From: Octopus sinensis
Lineage: Eukaryota
Direction: 5' to 3'
Assembly: GCF_006345805.1 (NCBI RefSeq)
Contig: NC_043005.1
Coordinates: forward strand, 90,396,001 to 90,460,000
DNA: 64,000 nt
Part shown: positions 1-14,977 of the stretch, in pieces
How positions within the stretch are numbered: the stretch's first letter is position 1
Layout: the number at the start of each line of letters is the position of its first letter
The notes under the pieces: model-generated
The model's input: the letters and a program-made list of their open reading frames with translations, nothing else
Told to the model about the DNA's origin: nothing
Database searches by the model: none
Translations under genes and position numbers: made by a program

Positions 1-454
1 GTCAAAATTTGAAACCTTTATTATTATTGTGCATGCTATCAAAGTGACACTGGGGTAAAATATACAAAGCCCATCATGACTACCCGTCTGATAAGGGTAC
101 ACTAGGCACATGCATCACAACCATATGTGCACAACATGGTGATCTCATATCAAGATAAACAGCATATCAACTTGCAGGTGGGACCCAGTTAAAATGTTCT
201 TCAGGTTGAGTAGCCCATCCCACTGAAAAGGTCCCTGAATAAGGATTGTTTAAGGATGTTGAACAAACCACCCATGTTTCCAGAGGTGAATTATCCAAAC
301 CCCTAAGGATTCCTCTCAAGACATGGTTATGATACTCTCCCACAACTTCTGCTTGTGATTAGAGATGCACATATCGTCAGCCACTGAGGGACATGGTCAA
401 CTGGTTAAGATCAGAAACCACAATCACCATTGCCTGGTACTGCATCAGGGCATT

Positions 455-492
455 CATCATCATCATCATCATCGTCATCATCATCATCATCG

Positions 493-529
<37 letters not shown>

Positions 530-553
530 TATTATTATTATTATTATTATTAT
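455..553. repeat. Compound (CAT)n(TAT)n microsatellite
   Basis: Direct reading; source of the homopolymeric ORFs at 365-689. Confidence 0.95.
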
Positions 554-1987
554 TTTGGTTGGAAACATGTGTAGGTTTGCAAGAGGAAAGGCATCCTGCC
601 ATAGAAAAACCTCTAGCTTGTGATTTGACCCATGCAAGAATGGAAAAATAGACATTAAAGCCCAAAGACTCATAAACCTGGAGATTCACCTGATTTCTGT
701 GGGTTTTTGAGTGACTGATATCATAACACTCCTCCCTGAATAGGGTGTCAGTCTATGGCAGGTCTAACTCCCCAGCTGTTACTGGAACACATTTGCAGCT
801 GAATGGACTGGAGCAATGGGAAATGAAGGGTTTTGCTCCCACCCAGTTCAGGGATCCATTATCATAAGATCCTGGTTGCAACACTCTAACTTCTTGGCCA
901 CACACCCTCAGAGGATGAGAAGAGATGAATAATGTTGAGAACACATGATGATGAGAACAGATTAATAAATACGAGAGAAGCATGGTTGTGTGGTGAGATG
1001 TTTGCTTCCCGAGCACATGATTCCAGGTTCAGTCCCACTACATGGCACCTTGAGCAAGTGTCTTTTCGTATGGCCTCAGGCTGACCAAATTCTTGTGCGT
1101 GGATTTGATAGACAGAAACTGAAAGAAGTTTATTGTGTGTGTGTGTATGTGTATCTGTGTGTCTGTGTGATTGTGTCATCCACCAACACATGACAAATTA
1201 TGTTGGTGTGTTTACGTCCCCATAACTTAGCAGTTTTGCAAAAGAGACTGATAGAATAAGGAGCAGGCTTTTAAAAGAAAATACGCATCAGATTTGATTC
1301 ATTTGATGGAAAATTCTTCAAGGCTGTGCCCCAGCATGGTCACAGTCTAATAACTGAAACAAGTAATAGATAAAAGATAAGAGACAGGGGTGGCTCCTTT
1401 AATCCCTTAAAACCACAATTTCATCTCATTTACTTCTACCACATCTTGTTACTAGTTTTATGGATGGAGTCATTGCTCTGATCAAGTTTCAATAATTTGA
1501 GAACTTTTATGGATTTTTTTTGTTGTTGTTATTTGTTTTAGAAAGTTAATTAGTGTTAAGTGCTTACGAGTATAATTAGTAATTTAGCAGCCTTCTTGTA
1601 TTAAATTTTAGCTTGTCATGTGTTTCTGAGTTTTAGCTGCTGAATAATTAGACTGCCTTGTGATATTTGTTCTGGTTTCAAATCCAGCTGTGGTCAGCCT
1701 TGCCTTTCATCTTGTCAGGTTTCATAAAGTACAGTACCAGTCACATAGTAGGGACGATGTTATTTATGAATCAGCTCCCTTCAGAATTGTTGGTGTTGTG
1801 CCTAACTCAGAAGTCATTAAAGGCAGTGAACTAGCATAGTTGTTAGAATAACAGAAACAATACGTTGCAGTATTTCTTCTGACTCTTGAAGTCTTGAGTT
1901 CAAATCCCACTGAGCTTAACTTTGCCTTTCATCCCTCCAGAGGTCAATGTAACCCAAAATTTCAGGCCTTGTGCTTATAACAGAAAG

Positions 1988-2039
<52 letters not shown>

Positions 2040-2203
2040 GTCATTATTATTATTATTGAGTAAGAGAGCTTTACATTTTGAGTTCAAATTGTGGCAAGGT
2101 CAATTTTGACTTTTATCCCACTGACAAAATCATGTACCAGATTTATATGTCTATGGTATAGGGATCTATAAATAATACCAATTAATGCCTGCTCTCTCTC
2201 ACT

Positions 2204-2245
<42 letters not shown>

Positions 2246-3241
2246 CTGTGGCCATGCTGGGGCACCACCTTGAACATTAGTTGAGTTTTAGTTTACCAAA
2301 TTAACCTCGGTACTTATTTTACTTCAGTCATCATCTTCTTCATCATCATCACCATCACCATCATTACCATCATCATCATCATCTCATCATCATCATCATC
2401 ACCATCACCATCATCATCATCACCATCATCATCACCATCACCATCACCACCACCACCACCGCGATCACCACCACTGCCACCACCATCACCATCATCATCA
2501 TCATTATTACTTTAATCAATCTTGAATTAATCAAAGTTGGATTATTTTCACCTTTCAACTTCGAAAGAAATGTGGCAGCATTTTGCTTGAACCTCTTAAA
2601 TCTGTGACTAGAATTCCTGATATGCATTTAATGACATTAGAATGATATCCGAAGAAATGCTGATGCTAAGAGAACTCTTTTGATCTATTGGATATTAAAC
2701 ATGAGGCCAGTTCCTCAGAAAACTGATATTATTAATCACTAGCAAGGGCAGAAGAATGACACTGAGTTGAAAATCATTTCTAGTAAGAACTGGATTTGCT
2801 TTCGTTCTTCCAAAGTTGATGCAGCAAATTAGCAGAATTGTTAGAGCAGTGGTAAAGTGCTTTACAGTAATTTTTCCAAGATCTTTACATTTTGAGTTCA
2901 AATCGTGGCAAGGTCAATTTTGCCTTTTATCCCTATGAGATTGATAAAATTATGTACCAGATTCACATGTCTATGGTATTGGAATCTATAAATAATATAA
3001 ATTAATGCCTGCTCTCTCTTACCTCTCTCTCTCTCTCTCTTTTAAACTGTGGCCATGCTGGGGCACCACCTTGAATTTTAGTCTACCAAATCAACCTCCG
3101 TACTTATTTTACTTTTATTGTTTTAAGCCTGGTTCTTATTCTATCAGTATCTTTTGCTGAACTGCTAAGTAACAGGAGTGTAAACAAATCAACGGTGGTT
3201 GTCAAGCACTGGTGGGGAACAAACACGCATACACAGACGAG

Positions 3242-3285
<44 letters not shown>

Positions 3286-3586
3286 ACAGGTTTATTTCAA
3301 TTTCTGTCTACTAAAGACACTCACAAGGCTTTGGTTGGCCAGAAGCTATAGTAGAAGACAAGGTGCCATACAGTGGGACTGAACTCGGAATTATATGGTT
3401 GCAAGCAAATTTCTTACCACACTGCCACATATATATGTATGAATGTATGTGTGTATGTATGTATGTATATATATATGTACGTTTGTATGTATGTATGTAT
3501 GTATGTATGTATGTATATATATGTATCTATATATATATATGTATATATATATTTGTATGTATGTATGTATATATATATAATATATA

Positions 3587-3626
<40 letters not shown>

Positions 3627-3906
3627 GTACGTATGTATGAATGTATGTATGTACATCTCGTACCCCCACCACCATTCTTATACCCTGTGCATCATTTCCT
3701 TACTTTCTGATTTATCTTTGGGTTGCTGCTTGTCACCCGAATTCTTTTTGAGCCTCTTCCATCATTCTCACCTGTCTACTTCCACACCCTGGCACCTTGT
3801 CAACTGCATCTTTGTCTTCTTTCCAGGCTTCGGTCATCCTCTCTTACATAATGTGTGGTAGCCATGCATTTCCTCAGTAGCAAGACACCTGTGCTTATCT
3901 CTCTAT

Positions 3907-4040
3907 CACGTAGACGTAGCCGCGACCGATGCCGGAAGTCGCCGGGAGGCTGTCGCGAGAACCACGTGGTCGATACCGCAATGTGGTCCAATCCGTAAAT
4001 TCGCGTAAAATTACAGTGCCACCGCCTTCCGTTCCCCGCA
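3907..4040. promoter_or_regulatory. CpG-dense promoter-like patch
   Basis: 19 CpG in about 133 bp; CCGGAAGT (3932), TCGCGAGA (3953), CACGTG (3963), CCAAT (3988). Confidence 0.4.
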
Positions 4041-4647
4041 TTCAACACCTGGCATTAACCCACCACACACACACACACTCTCAAATGTACTCCTATTCAG
4101 TCAAGTAGGGTTTTCTCCTTTCGGTTTTCATCTTTGTCTTGTAAGTTACTTGCCAACCTTACTAGAGCTGGTGTGAAGAAAAAAGGAGCACCCGGTACAT
4201 ACTGTAAGTTTGTTGGCATGGGCTTCTTTCAGTTTCCAACCAATAAATCCACTCACAATGCTTTGGTCAGCTCAGGACTATAGTAGAAGGCACTTGTCCA
4301 TGGTACAGTGTGACTAAACCTGAAACCTATTTCTTTATTACCCACAAGGGGCTAAACACTGAGAGGACAAACAAGGACAGACATAGGTATTAAGTCGATT
4401 ACATCAACCCCAGTGCATAACTGGTACTTAATTTATCGACCTCGAAAGGATGAAAGGCAAAGTCGATCTCGGCGGAATTTGAACTCAGAACGTAACGGCA
4501 GATGGAATACGGTTAAGCATTTCGCCCGGCGCGCTAACATTTCTGCCAGCTCGCCGTCTTATAACCTGAAACCATGGGATTAGGAAGTGAACTACCCAAC
4601 TGCCCAGCCATGTGTACGAACACATGTGCACATGCATGTGCATGCAC

Positions 4648-4678
<31 letters not shown>

Positions 4679-4753
4679 TACACACATACACACACTATGA
4701 TTCTATAATGGATATATATGTTTTATACAATACGATGTTCATTATCATTACAG

Positions 4754-4842
4754 AATCCATTTTAGATAGAGACATTCAGAATGTAAGCAATGCCTGGCTT
4801 GGAGTGAATATAGACATCAATCCACGGAAGGAAGAGTTTGTG
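4754..4842 (+). CDS. Integrin alpha exon a (xSILDRDIQNVSNAWLGVNIDINPRKEEFV)
   Basis: cattacag acceptor, gtaaga donor; 89 nt, phase 1 to 0; blade-2 WLG motif. Confidence 0.88.
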
Positions 4843-7800
4843 GTAAGAGTTTCACTTTATAACGAGTTTGATTTTCCTGAATTATAATTGATGATGAGAG
4901 AAGAAGATTTACTTTTTAATGTCAGAAGTGAGATGCTGCAAAGTTGTGAAACTTAGGCACCAAATAGAGGTTTGCTGAGACTGGAGTGAAAGGGGGAAGA
5001 GTTGAGCATAGTATGATTGAATATGTAAGGTCCCTTGTATTAACCCTTTCGTTACTGTATTTATTTTTGCTTTAAATCATCATCATCATCATCATCGTTT
5101 AATGTCCACTTTCCATGCTAGCATGGGTTGGACGATTTTGACTGAGGGCTGGCGAACCAGATGGCTGCACCAGGCTCCAATCTTGATTTGGCAGAGTTTC
5201 TACAGCTGGATGCCCTTCCTAATGCCAACCACTCCGAGAGTGTAGTAGGTGCTTTTACATGCCACCGGCACGGGGGCCAGTCAGGCAGTACTGGCAACGA
5301 CCTCGCTTGAATCCTTTTACATATGCCATTAACACAGGTGCCAGTAAGGCAACGTTGGTAACGAACACACTCGAATGGTGCCCTTTTATGTGCCACTGGC
5401 ACGGAAGCCAGTTGGCTGCTCTGGCAACGATCACGCTCAGATGGTGCTCTTGGAACCCTACTAGCATGGGCACAAGTACCAGTAAGGCGATGCTGGTAAC
5501 AACCACGCTCCAATGATGCCCTTTAAGTGCCACTGGCACGGAAGCCGGTTAGCCGCTCTGTCAATGATCACACTCGTATGGTGCTCTTTGCACCCTGCTA
5601 GCACGGACGCCAATCATCGAATTTGATTTGAATTTAGTAAAATAACTTAGTTATCATTAAGCTAGTGTTAGGAACATAAATTGTAAGTAAGGTTTGGTGG
5701 AAGATTTTAATTCAAAACTTATGAAAACAAGACATTTGTACTACAAAGCCCAGAGGCAGTCTCAGCCAGGTTGGTAATGAAAGGGTTAATGCATTATCAC
5801 TGAAAGACTTTGAGTTCCAGTGCTTAAGAGTTGCTCGTTTCCAATTCTCAGCTGGTAAACTGAGCCATATTTTCTTTTGAATATCCAATGTCTGAGTATT
5901 TTTTGAAATATAAAATGGAAATTTGAAGAAAATACTTGTCTTTATGTTCTGTGTGTGTGTGTGTGTTTCAGCCAGGTTGGTAACGAAAGGGTTAAAGGTG
6001 TCAGCTGATTCCTGCAGAAGATGTATTTGCTTTTGTGCGAACATGCAATGCAAGTCGTTGAGATTGTTGAGTGAAAGAATGCAGTGTGTGCACAGAAGTG
6101 TAGGATGTGCATTAGAAGTGTTGATGTGTATGGAAGTGCGTTGGAATGTGCGTTAGAAGTGTTGTGCATGCCTTGGAAGTGTGGTAAATGGATTGGAAAC
6201 AAGTGAGGGTTGGTGACAGGAAGGGCGTCCAGCCTTAGAAAATCTGCTTCATTGATTTCCATCTGGTCCGTACATCATCATCATCGTTTAGCGTCCGCTT
6301 TCCATGCTAGCATGGGTTGGACGGTTCAACTGGGATCTGGGAAGCCAGGAGACTGCACCAGGCCCAGTCTGATCTGGCAATGTTTCTATGGCAGGATGCC
6401 CTTCCTAACGCCAACCACTCCGTGAGTGTAGTGGGTGCTTTTATGTGCCAGACGAGGCTGGCAAATGGTCATGATCGGATGGTGCTTTTTATGTGCCATC
6501 GGCACGGGGGCCAGGCGAGGCTGGCAACAGCCAAACATGGGAAAGTAGTCATGGAAATGATGATGATGAAGAGGAGGCGGGGTGGTGGTGGTGGTGGTGG
6601 TTTAGGAGGAGGAGGACACTGCTTTTGCTAATACCTTGCTGGTATACTTTTGTGATAGTTGCAGTGGGGCAAGACCGAATGGGTATCTACCTGCTGCAAC
6701 CAAAGGGCCACTGGTTTATACTCCATCATTGTCACAGCTTTGTGTATTACTCAAAGACAATAATTAGACCTTGCAATTGCTCAAAATCCACCTAATTGCA
6801 ATTAGGTTAATTAAGTTCCGTGGAGAGATTATTGTTTGGTGGCAATGATGTGAATTGGTGGTGGCGTTGGCGGTGGTGGCGGTAATGTTAATAACATTGA
6901 TGATGATGATGATGATGATGGTGATGGTGGTGTTTGAAAGACATCAATGAAATATTTGTTTTGTTAAATTATTGATACTATGTGTAACTAACTAGACCTT
7001 AGGTATTAATTATATGTACATATTTAATTAACATGTATGCAGGCAAACAGGCGTACAGGCAGATTTCGTGAGGCATCGGTTAATGTTAAGAGTCAGAAGA
7101 GTCAGGAGAATGGATGCATTATGTGATGCTTGCGTTGGTGATGGTGGTGGTTGTGGTGATGATGGTTGTTGCAATGGTAGTGGTTGTGCAGATGGTAGTT
7201 GGGGTATTAGTGGTTCTAGTGGTGGCTGTGATGGTGGTGGTGGCTGGGGTTGTAGTTGTGGTTTTCATTGTGGTGATGGCTGTGATGGTGTTGGTAGTGG
7301 TTGTGGTGATTATGATGATAGTTTTGGTGGTGGTGGTAAAGTTTGTGGTGACAGTGGTGGTGGTGGTGGTGGTTATTGGTATCACTACGATTTGATGATG
7401 ATGATGATGATGATGGTAGTGGTTGTGATATATGATATGATATGATAAGAATATTACAATTGTCTTTGTGATGGTGGTTACAGTGATGATCTTGGTGGTG
7501 GTGGTGGTGGTGGTGGTGGTGGTAGTAGTAGTTGGCGGCAGCAGTACGAGTTAAGAGATTGTTGTCTAAATTGCTTTCACATAGAACAAATTATTGATTT
7601 GATAAGCTATTTGTGTTTAGACTCCCACCAACGTGGACAGTGCATTGCAGTTCAGCTGAGGCAATGAATGAATGCTTGAAATAAAATTAATTAATAAAAT
7701 AAATTAATAAAACATTGCTACTACAAATTGTATTCCTGATAATATAGCTTGAGTTGGGTTCTACTATAATAGAAATATATTTTTTGTGTGGTTGAATGCA

Positions 7801-10800
7801 TTTTCCTAGGCAGATCTGTTCAAGGAGCTCTACAATATGGTCTACAGTTGTGCAAGTTTGAATATCAAGAGGCAATTTTAAGCTTTGCTTCCATATATGT
7901 CAAGTTTCCATTTGGGCTGGGCTGGGACTATCCGGTACCTTCCATCCAGCACTGATTGGTTGTTGTGTAGGAATGTAGTCAAGAAAGCAGGGCAGGGTAC
8001 ATGTTTGTGTGCGGATGTGAGGTACTATTCATTGTGGTAGTGAAGGCATGCTGTATTGCAAATGTAGAGTGGAAAAGGAGACTGGTTCTGTGGTAGCTGT
8101 TGTGTGGAAAGAAGCTACGTGCGTGCGGCAGCGTTTTGCTTGAACCTCTTAAATCTGTGACTAGAATTCCTGATATGCATTTAATGACATTAGAATGATA
8201 TCTGAAGAAATGCTGATGCTAAGAGAACCCTTTTGATCTATTGGATATTAAACATGAGGCCAGTTCCTCAGAAAACTGATATTATTAAGCACTAACAGGG
8301 GCAGAAGAATGACAGCTATGGCAGAATTCTGGATTAAATGCCTAACTTAAATTAGTTTCTTTCTCCTAGACACTGAGTTAAAATTCATTTCTAGTAAGAA
8401 CTGGATTTGCTTTCGTTCTTCCAAAGTTGATGCAGCAAATTAGCAGAATTGTTAGAGCAGTGGTAAAGTGCTTTACCAATTGTGTAGTGTTGAAGTGGGG
8501 GCTCATTGTGTGCAAGAGCAAGTACATGGAATGTACATTGTGAGGAAAAGAAGGCTAATTCTGTGGAGTTGTTGTGTGGCAAGTGCAGTGTGGAAATGAT
8601 AAGAAGGGTAATTGTGAAATGTGGATGTGCAGTAGCTCTAATGTGGAAATGAAGACTTGTGTGGCAAGTGCAGTGTGGAAATAAAGGCATGAGTGGAAAT
8701 GACAATTTATTTAGGTGTGGCTCTTGTATGATTGGTGCAATGTGGAAATGGATGTATTATGGAAGCTTGTGGTCGTTGTGTAGTGGATGCTGTTTGGAAG
8801 TGATGGCATCAGTTGTTAGTTTCCGGGATATTGCATCCTTTAAAACCTCCATGCTTCCTGAAATTCACCAACACTACACCTGATATCCCCACCCCCTCCA
8901 TACACATGCACATATGTATATCATGACTCATACACTGTTCACTTTCCTGGCATTTGTACATAATTCCATGTACTGTACATGCACCTTTGATGAGTTGTAG
9001 TGTACCTGAGCACTATACACAAAAATTTCATTATTATTATTATTATTATTATTGAGTGAGAGAGCAGTGCATGCCATCAAAGTGACACTGGGGTAAAATA
9101 TACGAAGCCCAGTATACCCATCATGACTACCCATCTGATAAGGGTACACCAGGCACATGCATCACAACCATATGTGCACGACATGGGATTCTCATAACAA
9201 GATAAACAGCGCATGACCTTATGGGTGGGGCCCAGTTAGAATTTTCTTCTGGTCGAGTAACCCATCCCACTCAAAAGGTCCCTGATTAAGGGTTGTTTAA
9301 GGATGTTCAATGAAACACCTATGTTTCCAGAGGTGAGTCATTCAAACCCCAAAGAATCCCTCTCAACACATGGCTATGATGCTTCCCCACTACTTCTGCT
9401 CGTGATCAGAGATGCACATATCGTCAGCCACTAAGGGACATGCTCAACTGTTTAAGGTCAAACAACTGACAAGCAAATCTGTGGTATTGAGCTGAATATT
9501 TGCTGTAGCCCATCTTTTATACCAAGACAAAACAATGTACATGATAACGCTTCCAACCAGTTAAGATGAGAAGCCATGAGAGCCACTGCTTGGTACTGCA
9601 TCAGGGCATTTATTATTATTATTACATTAAAGAGAAATCACTAAAGCATCTTTGATGTCTCCTGCATTTCTTTGTCACTGCTATTACTTATGATTCTTCC
9701 AAAGTAAACATCTCACAATGTAGAGAACTGAATGAAATGCCAAGAGTTAATGGAGAACTACCACAAGAATGGGTAGAGAGCAAAGTGTTTGCCATTGGAG
9801 GTTGGCAGTGGAGGGTTTGGGAGTCTGTTTTGAGTAAGGCCTATGAAACTTTGGTGTATGCAGAGGAAGAGCCAACAAGAACAATGTAGAATCTACTGAG
9901 AAATCGTCTCAATGGCTCTGGGTGAAAAGAGGTGATTGGTGGGAGTCAGGAGAATGTCATTTGGACATGGGCCAAAGCTAGATCTACCTAGGTAGGGCCA
10001 CCTAGATGAGGTTGTATATTGTAAGAGTTGAAAGAGTTGTGTTCCCAGATACAACGCTGATCCAATACAAACACACTTGGCCTGCTGGAGAGAGTAGCTA
10101 AACCATCCTCAACTCCCACTCCACAATCATAGAATAAAAAAGAATACAATACACACCATCGTTCTGGGTGCATTGTGTCTGAGAAGAGAAAAAGATGCAA
10201 TGGTCAAGGCTGGAATGCCTTTCATTATAGAGCTGCTGTTTTAATCAGAGTTGAACTGGAGCTAAACAACAACGTATGTTAGAATATTTGAGTTTCAATC
10301 ATTTTGAGATCATCCATTTGAGGAAAAAGGTCATTAGAATAAGTGACACTAGCTAATAACCTTTAATTACTTTCTTACCACCTTTAATAATTAGCTTTAG
10401 ACATCAGCAAAAAATCTACCACAATCCTAGTTCTTTTTCTTTTGAATATTTTAATTACAGAAAATTTTTTACCTTCAATTTTTCAATGTTTGTGTGGGAT
10501 GGGAGGAAGGTCATGGTTTATTTGTCAAAGCAATACGTTTTACTGTTGAATGCTTTTGTACTTAATGCTAACAAATCAGCCATGACATAGACCTCCCCCA
10601 CAACACTTTTATTCAGGTTAGGGTTATGAATCTTGCTTAAGGGTACAACACAATTATAATAGTGGTAAATAGTCCAGGATTTACAGCCATCAAGTTCAAA
10701 CTCCAACAGAGGAAGGAGAAGAGCCAACATGAACTTTCATCCTTGGCTGTCCTTAAGATATTAAGCATGTACCAAAGATACAATGCAAACAGTTTACTTG

Positions 10801-13800
10801 GCGAGTCCACCTTGTCTCTTATCATAGTTCTTTTGAGATTCAGTACTTTTGTTTTAATTATTTTTGAAACTAAGGAAGAATTTAGTCAAATATCTTTGTC
10901 TTTATTAAGCTAGTGATTAGAACATAAGTTGTATTATTTTGATGAAAGGTTTAAATTTAGATCACTATAAAATGAGGAGTTTCTATCATAGAAACAGGGG
11001 CAGTTTCTATGATTTGGGTGTGTTAGTATCAACAGGGTTTAAAGATTATCCCAGATTGTGCTGTCAAGTGAGACAAGGTGTAACCAATAATGGCCAAAAC
11101 CTATCTGTTACCTAAATACAGCACCCACTTCTTCCTTTTATGGCTGTAACTATTTTCCTAAATGTGATATTTTACCTTCATTCTATTGTAGACATGTGGA
11201 CATCGCTGGAAATCCGTTTTTGTTGATGATCAGTATGTTAAAACATTTTACATGAAAGGGTTCTGTGTGGTCACTACGTTAAATGGATCAAAAAGCCGCA
11301 GACCTCTTCTCATGAAATCAGACAAAATTACAGCTGGTGGAACATCATTGAAATATACCCAGGTAAGTACAACTATTGAACAGGAGTATTAATTCTGTTG
11401 ATCTCATTGGACTCATGGAGGCTACTCCTTACCTCAGACCGAACAACAACAACAACAAATAAAGATTGATCAACATTGAAATTGTGAATAGCTCTCATCG
11501 TCGTTATCATTGACATCATCATCATCATCATCATCATCATCAGATGTATGGTTAGAGAAGCTTGCTTCCCAACCATTAGTCTTGGGTTTAGTTTCACTTT
11601 ATGGCGCCTTGGTCAAGTGTCTTCTACAATGATGTTGAGCCAACCAAAAGCCTTGTGAGTGGATTTGGTAGATGGAAACTGAAAGAAGCCCATTGTGTGT
11701 ATATATATATATATATATATTACTGCATGGCACCTTGTGCAAGTGTCTTCGACTATAGCCTCAGGCTGACCAAAACCTTGTGAGTGGATTTGGTAGACGG
11801 AAACTGAAAGAAGACCGTCGTATATATATATTTGTGTGTATGTGTCTCTGTGTTTGTCCCCCTGCCATCACTTGACAACCAATGCTGATGTGTGTATGTC
11901 CCCATAACTTAGCAGTTTGGCAAAAGAGGCTGATAGAATAAGTACTAGGTTTACAAAGAATAAGTTCTGGGGTCGATTCCTTCGACTAACACCATTTAAG
12001 GAAGAGCTCGAGCATGGCCACAGTAAAATGACTGAAACAAGTAAAAGAATACAAGAATGTATACACAAAAGAAAATTTGCCGTTTTACCCTTTCTTTTTT
12101 TTTCCCGTTTCCCCACTTTCTTCCTGAGAAAACAAAGCACCAGAATGCAGGACCTGGCGCCAGTCCTGCTTTTCCTCAATCCAAAGATTTGAGCAAAGTT
12201 GATTCCAACACCGGGATCAACTTCATGAAAGCATGGAGGCCTGCTGGTAAAATGCTGCTCCTCTAAATATAAACCTTACCTGTCATTGTGGTGTTGTGGC
12301 ACGAAGCAAAGCAGGCCTTGCCGTCCACTCAAGAAAACACAGAGTAAATGATCCTGAAGCACTCAAGCAAACTGAGTCCTCAACTTGTTCCATTTGCCAA
12401 AATGTTTGCAAGGAACCAGCAGACTTCAAGAGACACCTTCATGTCCAGAGAACATGATCAATGCTTTATTTTATTAAGCTCTCTTTTGTCGTTCATGACA
12501 AGAGAACCCATCCATATATCATCATCATCATCATCGTTTAACGTCCGCTTTCCATGCTAGCATGGGTTGGACCATTTGATTGAGGTCTGGCGAACCAGAT
12601 GGTTGCACCAGGCTCCAATCTGATCTGGCAAGGTTTCTACAGCTAGATGCCCTTCCTAACGCCAACCACTCCAAGAGTGTAGTGGGTGCTTTTATGTGCC
12701 ACTGACATGGGGGCCAGTCAGGCAGTACTGGCAACGATCTCACTTGAATGTTTTTACACGTGCCACCAGCACAAGTGCCAGTAAGGCGACGCTGGTAAAA
12801 TATAAATTAGAGTTAAAACCATTATTATGCAACTCAAACAGTAATAGACATAAACCAAAACATAAATAACAATTAAAATATATTTTTATAAAACATATAA
12901 CTTATAACTAGATCTCAAAAAGTATAAACATGAATGATCAATATATAATAAGTAAAAAAAACTACGTATGTTTTTCACGGCTACAATTAAATTTGAATTA
13001 CAATTAAATTTAAATTTAATATATATATATATTCTTTTATTCTTTTGCTTCAGTCATCCAACTGCAGCCATGCTGGAGCACCGCCTTTAGTTGAGCAAAT
13101 CGATCCCAGGACGACTTATTCTTTGTAAGCCTAGTACTTACTCTATCGGTCTCATTTGCCGAACCACTAAGTTACAGGGATGTAAACACAGAAGCATCGG
13201 TTGTCAAGTGATGTTGGCGGGGGACAAACATTTACACACACACACACACACACACATATATGTATAGGACGAGCTTCTTTTAGTTTCTGTCTACCAAATC
13301 CACTCACAAGGCTTTGGTCGGCTTGAGGCTACAGTAAAAGACATTTACCCAAGGTGCCACGCAGTGGAACTGAACCCAGAATCATGTGGTTGGTAAGCAA
13401 GCTACTTACCACACAGCCTATATGTATCATCATCATCATTGTGTAATGTCCGTTTTCCATGCTGGCATGGGTTGGATGGCTCAACTGGGGTCTGGGAAGC
13501 CAGGAGGCTGCACCAGGCGCCAGTCTGATCTAGCAGTGTTTCTACAGCTGGATGCCCTTCTTAACATCAACCATTCTGTGAGTGCAGTGGGTGCATTTTA
13601 TGTGCCACTGGCACAGGGGCTAGAGGGGGCTGGCAGCAACCATGATCGGTTGGTGATTTTTACAGGCCACTGGCACAGAAGCCAGTCAAGGCAGCACAGG
13701 CATCGACCACATTTGGACGGTGCTTTTTATGTGCTACCGGCACAGCGATCACAACTACAATTTCCATTTCAATTTGATTTTGATGTACTTGACTCATCAG

Positions 13801-13840
13801 GCCTCCTCAAGCACAGCATGTCGCCCTACGATCCAAGGTA

Positions 13841-13883
<43 letters not shown>

Positions 13884-14931
13884 ACGAATACCTGGCGTCG
13901 CTCAAACTCTTCGGAAAACCCAGGACTACCAAGCCGAGCGACGACAATCGACCGGCTCGATCGAACGGTGAATTTGCCACGGACTCAGAGAAAGAATTCG
14001 GAGGGGGAAGACGACAGTGAACTCGGCAACCAGCGACTGGAATTAACACAACAACAGCAGCAGGAAGAGACAGAGAGACACGGCGGAAAGCAGTAGTTTA
14101 TAACAATTATTACGACATCAAATACAATGTAAAATACATCAGGTACATCAAAGAAAATACATGCAAAAAAACAAGAAAACAACAAATCAAAGCATGCAGA
14201 TACAATATACAGTTCAGAGACAAATCAGTTCAGATCAATTGATGTTCACGATACAGTTCAAAGTTCAAATAATGTCTACATTAAAGTCTTTCTCTTTCTT
14301 TTTTCAACAATTCTGTAATACAGTTCTTTTCACAATCTCTTTTCCTTAATTCAGTACTTCTTCCTCCTTTTTTTTAACACATCAATTCTTTTTCCTTCTT
14401 TAACACATCAAAACATAAACAACACATACTGTTACATTTTCTAGTTACAACTCCTACTACAAATAGCCAAATGCCTTCATGCCGTAGTCCCTCTCTCTCG
14501 CTCTTCTTAATCCTATGTGTATGTCCCTCTCATCGTTGTCGTTGCCTCTCGCCGTAATCTCTCCCAGCTCCTTCTCAGCTCCTTAATTCTATCTGCCTGT
14601 CTTCCTCTTTCACATTCACTATCATTCTCTCATTTGTCATCCCTCACATTGTCTGCCTGTCTTCCTCTACACTGTCATTCCTCTCGCTTGTCTGTTACCA
14701 ATTCACTGTCTCCGGCCGAACTGTCCACAAACTCACAGCTCGTCGCTTTTTAAAGGGTAGCTTCCTCGACCCTTCTTTGACCGGAAAAAGGGCAGAGGTC
14801 TCTCCGAAAGTCATTACTCTTTCGTGAATCTGGCAGAACAAAGGACAATAACTTTATATCCCAGACTTTCAGACTACAAACCAGCAAAGTAGGTCATAGC
14901 ATTGTTTCCGAACTGACCCCCCCCCCCATAT

Positions 14932-14977
<46 letters not shown>

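Noticed and set aside
365-689. Poly-His/Ser/Asp/Ile ORFs (also 3363-3861, 7068-7445, 36488-36979, 46005-46442, 50218-50819)
   Set aside because: Translations of microsatellite or low-complexity DNA, open in several frames on both strands.
3827-3857. Possible extra integrin exon after ttctttccag
   Set aside because: No integrin-like translation, weak donor (gtagcc), and it does not give a convincing phase-compatible join.
9640-10830. Possible ancient LINE endonuclease/RT remnant
   Set aside because: Only vague motif resemblance in inconsistent order; needs a profile search.
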